Source: Macrostomum lignano (lineage: Eukaryota). Taken from it: a DNA stretch of 25,557 nt. The stretch spans positions 1-25,557 of the forward strand of contig NIVC01004029.1 of assembly GCA_002269645.1 (NCBI GenBank), read 5' to 3'. Within the stretch, counting starts at the first letter, position 1; each line of letters opens with the position of its first letter. Shown piece after piece: positions 1 through 10,463 of this stretch. The position numbers and the translations under genes were made by a program. Below the pieces are notes generated by a model that was given only the letters and a program-made list of their open reading frames with translations, searched no databases and was not told the DNA's origin.

Positions 1-3000
1 GGCGCCGCCGGTCGGCCTCGCAGACGCCGGCAGTGCACAAGGAGACGCAGGCCCTGGCCAGTCAGGTGACAATCTACCGCTGGCACCCGGCCGAGCTGCC
101 AACTCCAGCGAAGCTGCTGGACGCATCGCCCTGGGCCACGAGGACGGCACTCTGAGCGTTGTCCGGCCCGGCAAGAAAGCTCTGGTCGAGTCAGCTTCCT
201 CGAGGCCGAGGACGACCTCGCCGAGGACGAAGAAGACGCCGAGGACACCGTGCTTGGCCTTGAATGGGACGCTCTGTCGCCGAATTTCCTTCTGGTGGAC
301 TCGCGCTGCAACGGCCTGCGACTGGTTGATGTGGACGCGCAGACGACCAGCGTGGTGTTCCAGCTGCCCTCGCTGCTTCTCCGGCGCACAGCCTGGCCTG
401 GCTGCCTAGCGCTCCCGGCCTGTTCGTTGCCGGCGACTCCGCCACAGGCGTGCTGCGGCTCTACAGCGTGTCCCGGGCCACCCGATCGATAACATCCGCT
501 GTGAAAAAGTCCGGCTTCCGCAATCTGCGCGTGCTGGCCTTGACGGGGTGCTCCGCCGCGCCGTTAGAGCCGCCAACTGTCGGGGACGCGGCTGCGACTC
601 GACGGCGGCTTCGACGGCTTCTTCATTGGCGACTGCGACAACCGTCGGGGGCTACTGCTGCCCGACTGCCTGCTGCTGTGCGCCTTTCTGGACGGCGGAG
701 TCGGGCTGTACGACGTTCAGCGTCGGGACTGGCACTTCCTGCGCGAAATGGGCCACGTCGAGACCGTCTTCGACTGCGAGTTCAGCCCGCGGGACGAGAG
801 CCTGCTGGCCACCGGCAGCTTCGACGGCACCGTGAAGCTCTGGCGGATCAGCGGCGCCGGCTTCAGCCCGGTGCAGAGCTCGCCGGACAACGAGGGCATC
901 GTCTACAGCATCGCCTGGAGCCCGGACGGCGCGCGCGTAGCCGGAGCCACCGCCAAGAACGGCATCTTCGTCCTCGACGTCGCCACTGGCTGCATCGACA
1001 GCCGCTTTACCGAGCACGGCCAGCAGGCGGTCTACTGCGTCAGCTGGAGCGCCAAGGCGCCGCACCATCTCGCCTCGGCCTCGGCCGACTGCACCTGCGT
1101 TGTGCGCGACGACTGCGGCCGACTTGCCCGCCGGTTGAGCCACCCGGCCGCTGTCTACGGCGTCGCCTGGCACCAGCACTCGCGCGACATTCTGGCCACA
1201 GCCTGCGAGGACAAAGCTGTCCGGATCTTCTATCTGGCCAGCGCGGGCGGTGACCGGCCCAACCGAGTTTTCACCGGCCACGCCAGCAAGGTGTTCGGCG
1301 TGCGCTGGTCGCCGCTGCGCGAGAGCTACCTGTGCAGCGGCTCGGACGACGGCACGATTCGAGTCTGGGACTGCACCGCCGAGAAGAGCGTCGCCCACCT
1401 CAAAGGCCACACCGGGCCAGTGCGCGGCCTTGTCTGGCACCCCGAGTTGGCCTACATGCTCGTGTCCGGCAGCTGGGACTGCCACATCCACTGCTGGGAC
1501 ATCCGCGACGGCTCCTGTCTGGCGGCCGTCACCGACCACCGCTCCGACGTCTACGGCCTGGCGCTGCACCCGCGCCGCCCCATGCTGCTGGCCTCGTGCT
1601 CGCGCGACTCCACGCTGCGGCTGTGGTCGCTTGCCGAGCTGGCCGGCCCCTGCCCGCCTGCCTGCTGTTCCGCGGCATGGCCGACTCCTTCATCCTGCCG
1701 GCCGAAGCCGCGCTCAGGCAGCAGCCGGGCCAGCCGGCTCTGTCCGGCAGCCAGTCGCGCCGGCTTCTCCGCGATGCTGGCAGCGTGGTCGGCAGCACCA
1801 GCAGCTGCGGCGGCGACCAGCTGGCTCTGCTGCTGCACGCCAGCCCGGCTGCCGGCAACCTGCATGACCTGCAGCGGGCGCTCGCCGGCACGCCGACAGC
1901 CGCGCTTGGCGACTCCTACGGCCGGCCCGGCAGCTACGTGGCCGCCAAGGACCTGCTGAAGTTCCAGGCCGCCCGGGCCCAGCAGCTTGAACTGGCCGCC
2001 TCCAATTCCTTGTCCTCGTCGGCATCGGTGGCGACGGCCGGACGGCCGACTTCGCGGCACCGACAGCTGCGGGACGCGGCCGCGGCCCATCTGCGCTGCG
2101 GCCACCTGCGCCGCTACTGCGAGCTGCAGGCCCAGCTGGGCCGGTGGGAGCGCGCCCTGGCCCTGGCGCCGGGCGTCTCTCAGGCCTTCTGGCGCGAGCT
2201 GTGCCACCGGTACATGGCCAGCCAGCGAAGCCTGGAACTCGACGACCTAGTTGCTTTCTCCGTGGCCACCGGGGCGGCCGACTCCGCCGCCCAGTTGCTC
2301 ACCCGGCGCGGGAAATATTCGGACGCGCTGATGGTGGCGCAGGCTGCGCACGAGGGCCTGTTCGCCGGGCCGGACGATCCGGACGAATCCCGGGAGCACC
2401 GCAGGCCCGGCGTCAGCAGCCCAGATCGGCTGCGCACGGCCTGGGGCAGCCTGGCCGACAGTCTGTTTCAGCGCGGCGCCCCGGTGGACGCCGCCTGTTG
2501 CCACTTGGCCATCGGCGACGTTGAATCGGCCGTCGGCAAGCTGCTGCGCGGCAACGAGCTCGACTTGGCGCTCTGGCTGGCGACGCGAGTCGAGTCCTGC
2601 GACCAGCGGCTGCGCAACTTCGCCGCCGAGTGGAGCGGCTGGCGACTCGACAGGCTGCCCGGCCTGGACGCCAAGCGCCGGGCGGAGCTGCTGGCCAAGC
2701 TGGCGGAGCTGCACAGCCGGCGCCAGGACCTCTTGGTGGCGTTCGCCTGCCGCTTCTCGGGCTCGGCTGGCGACATTGACGCTGTGCACCGCGTGCTGGG
2801 CCTGCCCGGCCTGGACGCCTGCCTGGAGATCGCCGAGCGGCTGCGGGCCGACGCTCCGACTGGCGCTTCTGGCACGCCGGAGTCTCGGCTGCGCCTCCAG
2901 CTGGACATTGTCGGCCACTATCTGCTGTCGCCCAACCCGCTGGCTGGCCTGGAGTTCGGTCTGGCCGCGGTGCGCGACATTCTTAACGATCGCGACTCGC

Positions 3001-3590
3001 CGTGGACGTTGAACTCCGTGGAGGCGCTCGTGGAGCTGATGAGCTGCGCTCGCACTGGCAAGCTGCAGCAGGCCTCCGCCGTGCAGGAGAAGAACGAGCT
3101 GCTGTTCCTGGCCACCTACCTGGGCGCGTTGAAGGCCATCAGGCAGGGCTACCATTCCGTGGTGGCGCCGCTGTTTCGGCACGCCCGGCTTCACTTCGAG
3201 CGGCACAAAGACGCCATGGCCGGGCTGGGCCGGGCGCTGACCGGGTCGCTGCTGGACAAGGAGCTGCACGCCTGGAAGCTTATGAGGCGCTCGGGCGGCA
3301 GCGCCGACGAGCGCCACCTGCCGGAGGAGATGCGGCCGGTGTGGCGCGGGCTGGTGCGCAAGTGCGCTGGGGACACCGGCCTGGAGGTCGGCGAAGATGT
3401 GGCCGCCGGCAGCGCCCTGCCGTACCACTCTGACTTCGACAACTGCTTCTTCATGGAGAAGCGAATCAGGGGGCCGGTGTTTTACCTGGAGGACGGCCGG
3501 TTCACCATCGGGCTGAACGATGCGTACATGTGGGCCAAGGTGAACCCGTTCTCGCCTAGCATGACTGGCGCCAGGATTAATCCCTTCTAA
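1..3590 (+). CDS. WDR17: WD repeat-containing protein 17 orthologue, copy 1; 5' end outside window; interrupted by several -1 frameshifts (probably sequence errors)
   Basis: Pieced-together frames match recalled vertebrate WDR17 collinearly: VHKETQALASQVTIYRWHP (33-89), IALGHEDGTLSVVRPG, EDTVLGLEWDALSPNFLLV, LAWLPSAPGLFVAGDS..GVLRLYSVSR, CAFLDGGVGLYD..W.FLREMGHVETVFDC, HPAAVYGVAW, GHASKVFGVRWSPLRESYLCSGSDDGTIRVWD, LRCGHLRRYCELQAQLGRWERALALAPGVS, AACCHLAIGDVESAVGKLLRGNELDLA, and the C-terminus GPVFYLEDGRFTIGLNDAYMWAKVNPFSPSMTGARINPF* (TAA 3588-3590). Frame path is 3>2>1>3>(2)>1>3, with shifts near 90, 190, 380, 570-660 and 1647-1650. No introns seen. Confidence 0.92.
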
Positions 3591-3660
3591 TTAGGGCTGC
3601 GGATTAACTCCATAGATGGAATCCTTGACTAAGGGAAGCAGTCTGTACGAGGTGGATTTC

Positions 3661-4887
3661 AAAAGGCTCATTGGGGGAATTTCTCGTATGATTAGGCTTA
3701 GACTCATCGGAATTCCCTACTGTAGATTCCAATTCATAGGTGGGAATTTCTCATATGATTAGGTTGAGATTATCGGAATTCCCTAGTGTAGATTCCAAAA
3801 GGCTCATTGGGGGGAATTTCTCATATGATTAGGTTGAGACTCGTCGGAATTCCCTACTGTCGATTTCAATTCATAGGGGGGATTTCTCATATGATTAGGT
3901 TGAGATTATCGGAATTCCCTAGTGTAGATTCCAATTCATAGGGGGGATTTCTCATATGATTAGGTTGAGACTCGTCGGAATTCCCTACTGTAGATTCCAA
4001 TTCATAGGTGGGAATTTCTCATATGATTAGGTTGAGATTATCGGAATTCCCTAGTGTAGATTCCAATTCATAGGGGGGATTTCTCATATGATTAGGTTGA
4101 GACTCGTCGGAATTCCCTACTGTCGATTTCAATTCATAGGTGGGAATTTCTCATATGATTAGGTTGAGATTATCGGAATTCCCTAGTGTAGATTCCAATT
4201 CATAGGGGGGATTTCTCATATGATTAGGCTTAGACTCATCGGAATTCCCTACTGTAGATTCCAATTCATAGGTGGGAATTTCTCATATGATTAGGTTGAG
4301 ATTATCGGAATTCCCTAGTGTAGATTCCAATTCATAGGGGGATTTCTCATATGATTAGGTTGAGACTCGTCGGAATTCCCTACTGTCGATTTCAATTCAT
4401 AGGTGGGAATTTCTCATATGATTAGGTTGAGATTATCGGAATTCCCTAGTGTAGATTCCAATTCATAGGGGGATTTCTCATATGATTAGGTTGAGACTCG
4501 TCGGAATTCCCTACTGTCGATTTCAATTCATAGGGGGGATTTCTCATATGATTAGGTTGAGATTATCGGAATTCCCTAGTGTAGATTCCAATTCATAGGG
4601 GGGATTTCTCATATGATTAGGTTGAGACTCGTCGGAATTCCCTACTGTCGATTTCAATTCATAGGTGGGAATTTCTCATATGATTAGGTTGAGATTATCG
4701 GAATTCCCTAGTGTAGATTCCAATTCATAGGGGGGATTTCTCATATGATTAGGTTGAGACTCGTCGGAATTCCCTACTGTCGATTTCAATTCATAGGGGG
4801 GGGATTTCTCATATGATTAGGTTGAGATTTATCGGAATTCCCTAGTGTAGATTCCAAAAGGCTCATTGGGGGGAATTTCTCATATGA
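3661..4887. repeat. ~66-bp minisatellite, array 1, about 18 units plus a partial unit
   Basis: Unit AATTCATAGG(G/T)GGGA(A)TTTCTCATATGATTAGGTTGAGA-[TTATCGGAATTCCCTAGTGTAGATTCC or CTCGTCGGAATTCCCTACTGTCGATTTC]; the two variants alternate. Confidence 0.95.
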
Positions 4888-5435
4888 CAAGACTAAGGTG
4901 CGTTCATTATTCACAGCTCGTTGGAGCGCAGTTAAATAATTGGCCTCAAATTATAGGTCTATGTAATCGCTGAATTCTTTATTGAGCCGTTCATTCCACT
5001 GCTCTATTCATTAGCGCACAATTAGTTCTTCTATAATTGACTCAAATAGCTCTGCGTGTTTTTGATTATTTCACTTTATGTCCAACTGTGTGCCACCGAA
5101 GCCCCCCCCCCGCTGTGCCCGATCCTAAAATTGAACAATAATTTCAATTTTCACCCCCTAACTGTTACTGTCTGTAATCTTAATTTGTTAACTATTTTAT
5201 AATATCAGTTTTTGTGCGATGATTTTCCTTGTGAAAAACTGTATTGGAGACCGCAATTTGTTGCTTTGCTTTGGCAATCAGCTGCTAGGCCTCCTCCGCT
5301 GCGCGCTTCAGCCAGGCACACTCTTTCAGGCATGTACTGCATCCACAGTCTCTGCAATACCTTTCTCCATCAGTGCTCTCCGTTCCTGGCCTCACTGCTA
5401 CCTCTCTTCACCATTCCCTCACCACCTCTCAATCG

Positions 5436-6415
5436 CTACCCCTCTCCCTCACTACCCCTCTCTCTCACTACCCCTCTTCCTCACTACCCCTCTTCCTCAC
5501 TACCCCTCTCCCTCACTACCCCTCTTCCTCACTACCCCTCTCCCTCACTACCCCTCCCCTCACTACCCCTCTCCCTCACTACCCCTCTCCCTCACTACCT
5601 CTTTCCCTCACTACCCCTCTCCTTCAATACCCCTCCCCCTCACTACCCCTCCCCCTCACTACCCCTCTCCCTCATTACCCCTCTCCCTCACTACCCCTCT
5701 CACTACCCCTCTCTCTCACTACCCCTCTCCCTCACTACCCCTCTCCCTCACTACCCCTCTCCCTCACTACCCCTCTCCCTCACTACCCCTCTCCCTCACT
5801 ACCCCTCCCCCTCACTACCCCTCTCCCTCACTAACCCTCTCCCTCACTACCCCTCTTCCTCACTAACCCTCTCCCTCACTACCCCTCCCCCTCACTACCC
5901 TCTCCCTCACTACCCCTCTCCCTCACTAACCCTCTCCCTCACTACCCTCTCCCTCACTACCCCTCTCCCTCACTACCCCTCCCCCTCACTACCCCTCTCC
6001 CTCACTAACCCTCTCCCTCACTACCCCTCCCCCTCACTACCCCTCTTCCTCACTAACCCTCTCCCTCACTACCCCCCCCCTCACTACCCTCTCCCTCACT
6101 ACCCTCCCCCTCACTACCCCTCTCCCTCACTAACCCTCTCCCTCACTACCCCTCTTCCTCACTAACCCTCCCCTCACTACCCTCTCCCTCACTAACCCTC
6201 TCCCTCACTACCCCTCTCCCTCACTACCCCTCCCCCTCACTACCCCTCTTCCTCACTAACCCTCTCCCTCACTACCCCTCCCCTCACTACCCTCTCCCTC
6301 ACTACCCTCCCCCTCACTACCCCTCTCCCTCACTAACCCTCTCCCTCACTACCCCTCTTCCTCACTAACCCTCCCCTCACTACCCCTCTCCCTCACTAAC
6401 CCTCCCCCTTACTAT
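5436..6415. repeat. ~16-bp C-rich tandem repeat (CCCTCACTACCCCTCT)n, copy 1
   Basis: Direct reading. Variants include ACTAACC, CTTCC and CCCCC. Degenerate flank extends to about 6540. Confidence 0.93.
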
Positions 6416-6776
6416 CTCTATCACAACCTACATCACAACCTCACTCACTACCTCTCTCACTACCTGTCTCACTACCTTTCTCACTCCTCTCCCTCACTAT
6501 CTCACTACGTCACTACCCCTCTCCCTCACAACCTCTCCATTATTTCGTCAGTCCGTCATTACCTCTCTCAACCTACCCTACCCTTATACTGTTCCTGTCG
6601 CATCTCTTCATAATTCCTTCAAACCCTAATATCTCTATAAGTCTCCTAATTAACTAACTAATATTCCCATCCATTCACCAGTCTCTGTCTCTCTGGTCTC
6701 TTCCTGCCCACCCCCATAATCTCCATCCAAGTTTCCGTTGTCTCCTGTCTGCGAATTCATTTATGATTTATCATAC

Positions 6777-6971
6777 TTGCAGATTATACGAGTGGTGGAA
6801 GAGGCTACAGGCCATTTAACACCCCTTCTCTCCCGCTGCATCCTGTCAGTCTCTCGAGCTGGCCGTTGTGTTTTCCTCGTTTTCCTCGTTTTGTTTATCG
6901 ATCAACAATGCCAAGATTACTTCGCGAACTAGCTGAGGCCAGCTCAGTTCAGTTTCAGGTTAATAAATAAA
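6777..6971 (+). other. Possible terminal exon: 3' splice acceptor plus polyadenylation signal (repeated at 13195-13389 and 21568-21762)
   Basis: TTTATCATACTTGCAG (AG at 6781-6782) after a pyrimidine-rich stretch. Overlapping AATAAATAAA at 6962-6971, followed by CA and a TGTCTGTTCTCT element. This is the first canonical AATAAA I found after the WDR17 stop. Confidence 0.3.
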
Positions 6972-7103
6972 GCTGAAGATAGGAGTACACACCTGTCTGT
7001 TCTCTAGATACTACTTCGCTTGGATCCTAAAGGCATTTCATGGTTTTAAAAGTTCCGGCACAGCAGGGTGCTCTGGAGCTGAGCTTAGTTGGACACGATA
7101 ATT

Positions 7104-7602
7104 CACGTGTCGGCAAACTCTTTTACATCAAGGGCCAGATAGAGAATCTAGTGGCATGACTGCGGAGGGCAGAGAGGAGAGGGTCAGAGGAAATAGATAA
7201 GAGACAAGAGAAATAGGAGAAATGATATGCGAAAGAATAATGGAGAGGAGAGTAGAGGAGAGGAGAGGAGAGGAGAGGAGAGGAGAGGAGAGAGAGGAGA
7301 GGAGAGGAGAGGAGAGGAGAGGAGAGGAGAGAGAGGAGAGGAGAGGAGAGGAGAGGAGAGGAGAGGAGAGGAGAGGAGAGGAGAGGAGAGGAGAGGAGAG
7401 GAGAGGAGAGGAGAGGAGAGGAGAGGAGAGGAGAGGAGAGGAGAGGAGAGGAGAGGAGAGGAGAGAGAGGAGAGGAGAGAGAGAGGAGAGGAGAGGAGAG
7501 GAGATGAGAGGAGAGAGAGAGAGAGAGGAGGAGAGGAGAGGAGAGGAGAGAGAGAGGAGAGGAGAGAGAGAGGAGAGAGAGAGGAGAGGAGAGAGAGAGG
7601 AG
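7104..7602 (+). mobile_element. Left half of the hAT MITE, cut inside its GGAGA array by the duplication junction
   Basis: Identical left TIR and flank to 21895; no right TIR, WDR17 follows instead. Confidence 0.78.
7242..7602. repeat. (GGAGA)n/(GA)n homopurine microsatellite, truncated
   Basis: Direct reading. Confidence 0.97.
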
Positions 7603-10393
7603 CCTGCTGGCCACCGGCAGCTTCGACGGCCGCGCCGTGAAGCTCTGGCGGATCAGCGGCGCCGGCTTCAGCCCGGTGCAGAGCTCGCCGGACAACGAGG
7701 GCATCGTCTACAGCATCGCCTGGAGCCCGGACGGCGCGCGCGTAGCCGGAGCCACCGCCAAGAACGGCATCTTCGTCCTCGACGTCGCCACTGGCTGCAT
7801 CGACAGCCGCTTTACCGAGCACGGCCAGCAGGCGGTCTACTGCGTCAGCTGGAGCGCCAAGGCGCCGCACCATCTCGCCTCGGCCTCGGCCGACTGCACC
7901 TGCGTTGTGCGCGACGACTGCGGCCGACTTGCCCGCCGGTTGAGCCACCCGGCCGCTGTCTACGGCGTCGCCTGGCACCAGCACTCGCGCGACATTCTGG
8001 CCACAGCCTGCGAGGACAAAGCTGTCCGGATCTTCTATCTGGCCAGCGCGGGCGGTGACCGGCCCAACCGAGTTTTCACCGGCCACGCCAGCAAGGTGTT
8101 CGGCGTGCGCTGGTCGCCGCTGCGCGAGAGCTACCTGTGCAGCGGCTCGGACGACGGCACGATTCGAGTCTGGGACTGCACCGCCGAGAAGAGCGTCGCC
8201 CACCTCAAAGGCCACACCGGGCCAGTGCGCGGCCTTGTCTGGCACCCCGAGTTGGCCTACATGCTCGTGTCCGGCAGCTGGGACTGCCACATCCACTGCT
8301 GGGACATCCGCGACGGCTCCTGTCTGGCGGCCGTCACCGACCACCGCTCCGACGTCTACGGCCTGGCGCTGCACCCGCGCCGCCCCATGCTGCTGGCCTC
8401 GTGCTCGCGCGACTCCACGCTGCGGCTGTGGTCGCTTGCCGAGCTGGCCGGCCCCCTGCCCGCCTGCCTGCTGTTCCGCGGCATGGCCGACTCCTTCATC
8501 CTGCCGGCCGAAGCCGCGCTCAGGCAGCAGCCGGGCCAGCCGGCTCTGTCCGGCAGCCAGTCGCGCCGGCTTCTCCGCGATGCTGGCAGCGTGGTCGGCA
8601 GCACCAGCAGCTGCGGCGGCGACCAGCTGGCTCTGCTGCTGCACGCCAGCCCGGCTGCCGGCAACCTGCATGACCTGCAGCGGGCGCTCGCCGGCACGCC
8701 GACAGCCGCGCTTGGCGACTCCTACGGCCGGCCCGGCAGCTACGTGGCCGCCAAGGACCTGCTGAAGTTCCAGGCCGCCCGGGCCCAGCAGCTTGAACTG
8801 GCCGCCTCCAATTCCTTGTCCTCGTCGGCATCGGTGGCGACGGCCGGACGGCCGACTTCGCGGCACCGACAGCTGCGGGACGCGGCCGCGGCCCATCTGC
8901 GCTGCGGCCACCTGCGCCGCTACTGCGAGCTGCAGGCCCAGCTGGGCCGGTGGGAGCGCGCCCTGGCCCTGGCGCCGGGCGTCTCTCAGGCCTTCTGGCG
9001 CGAGCTGTGCCACCGGTACATGGCCAGCCAGCGAAGCCTGGAACTCGACGACCTAGTTGCTTTCTCCGTGGCCACCGGGCGGCCGACTCCGCCGCCCAGT
9101 TGCTCACCCGGCGCGGGAAATATTCGGACGCGCTGATGGTGGCGCAGGCTGCGCACGAGGGCCTGTTCGCCGGGCCGGACGATCCGGACGAATCCCGGGA
9201 GCACCGCAGGCCCGGCGTCAGCAGCCCAGATCGGCTGCGCACGGCCTGGGGCAGCCTGGCCGACAGTCTGTTTCAGCGCGGCGCCCCGGTGGACGCCGCC
9301 TGTTGCCACTTGGCCATCGGCGACGTTGAATCGGCCGTCGGCAAGCTGCTGCGCGGCAACGAGCTCGACTTGGCGCTCTGGCTGGCGACGCGAGTCGAGT
9401 CCTGCGACCAGCGGCTGCGCAACTTCGCCGCCGAGTGGAGCGGCTGGCGACTCGACAGGCTGCCCGGCCTGGACGCCAAGCGCCGGCGGAGCTGCTGGCC
9501 AAGCTGGCGGAGCTGCACAGCCGGCGCCAGGACCTCTTGGTGGCGTTCGCCTGCCGCTTCTCGGGCTCGGCTGGCGACATTGACGCTGTGCACCGCGTGC
9601 TGGGCCTGCCCGGCCTGGACGCCTGCCTGGAGATCGCCGAGCGGCTGCGGGCCGACGCTCCGACTGGCGCTTCTGGCACGCCGGAGTCTCGGCTGCGCCT
9701 CCAGCTGGACATTGTCGGCCACTATCTGCTGTCGCCCAACCCGCTGGCTGGCCTGGAGTTCGGTCTGGCCGCGGTGCGCGACATTCTTAACGATCGCGAC
9801 TCGCCGTGGACGTTGAACTCCGTGGAGGCGCTCGTGGAGCTGATGAGCTGCGCTCGCACTGGCAAGCTGCAGCAGGCCTCCGCCGTGCAGGAGAAGAACG
9901 AGCTGCTGTTCCTGGCCACCTACCTGGGCGCGTTGAAGGCCATCAGGCAGGGCTACCATTCCGTGGTGGCGCCGCTGTTTCGGCACGCCCGGCTTCACTT
10001 CGAGCGGCACAAAGACGCCATGGCCGGGCTGGGCCGGGCGCTGACCGGGTCGCTGCTGGACAAGGAGCTGCACGCCTGGAAGCTTATGAGGCGCTCGGCG
10101 GCAGCGCCGACGAGCGCCACCTGCCGGAGGAGATGCGGCCGGTGTGGCGCGGGCTGGTGCGCAAGTGCGCTGGGGACACCGGCCTGGAGGTCGGCGAAGA
10201 TGTGGCCGCCGGCAGCGCCCTGCCGTACCACTCTGACTTCGACAACTGCTTCTTCATGGAGAAGCGAATCAGGGGGCCGGTGTTTTACCTGGAGGACGGC
10301 CGGTTCACCATCGGGCTGAACGATGCGTACATGTGGGCCAAGGTGAACCCGTTCTCGCCTAGCATGACTGGCGCCAGGATTAATCCCTTCTAA
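7600..10393 (+). pseudogene. WDR17: 5'-truncated WDR17 duplicate, copy 2, starting at SLLATGSFDG directly after the GGAGA array
   Basis: Near-identical to 798-3590. Differences seen: ACC>CGCGCC at 7631-7636; CCCCC at 8452-8456 (in frame; copy 1 has CCCC); single-G losses at 9077-9079, 9485-9486 and 10097-10098. Confidence 0.88.
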
Positions 10394-10463
10394 TTAGGGC
10401 TGCGGATTAACTCCATAGATGGAATCCTTGACTAAGGGAAGCAGTCTGTACGAGGTGGATTTC

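Noticed and set aside
652-3428. Long minus-strand ORFs over the WDR17 copies (e.g. 652-1569, 2247-3428, 7184-9013, 13541-15430, 15403-16650)
   Set aside because: Antisense shadows of GC3-rich coding sequence plus (CTCTC)n read-through; no recognisable domain.
5285-5359. Minus-strand Cys-rich peptide YCRDCGCSTCLKECAWLKRAAEEA*
   Set aside because: The open frame is only about 40 codons, with no ATG and a purine-rich upstream region (no acceptor); no family recognised.
5212-6165. Pro/Ser/Leu/Thr/His-rich ORFs (also 11623-12422 and 20001-20922) resembling extensins
   Set aside because: They are translations of the 16-bp repeat, open in several frames at once because the repeat lacks stops.
5830-6400. 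Telomere-like CTAACCCT in the C-rich array, and TTAGGG at 3591-3596
   Set aside because: Isolated hexamers, never tandem (CCCTAA)n; not an interstitial telomere.
7104-7602. Three independent MITE insertions
   Set aside because: All three left ends have identical flanks and only the last has a right TIR and TSD, so this is one insertion copied by the segmental duplication.
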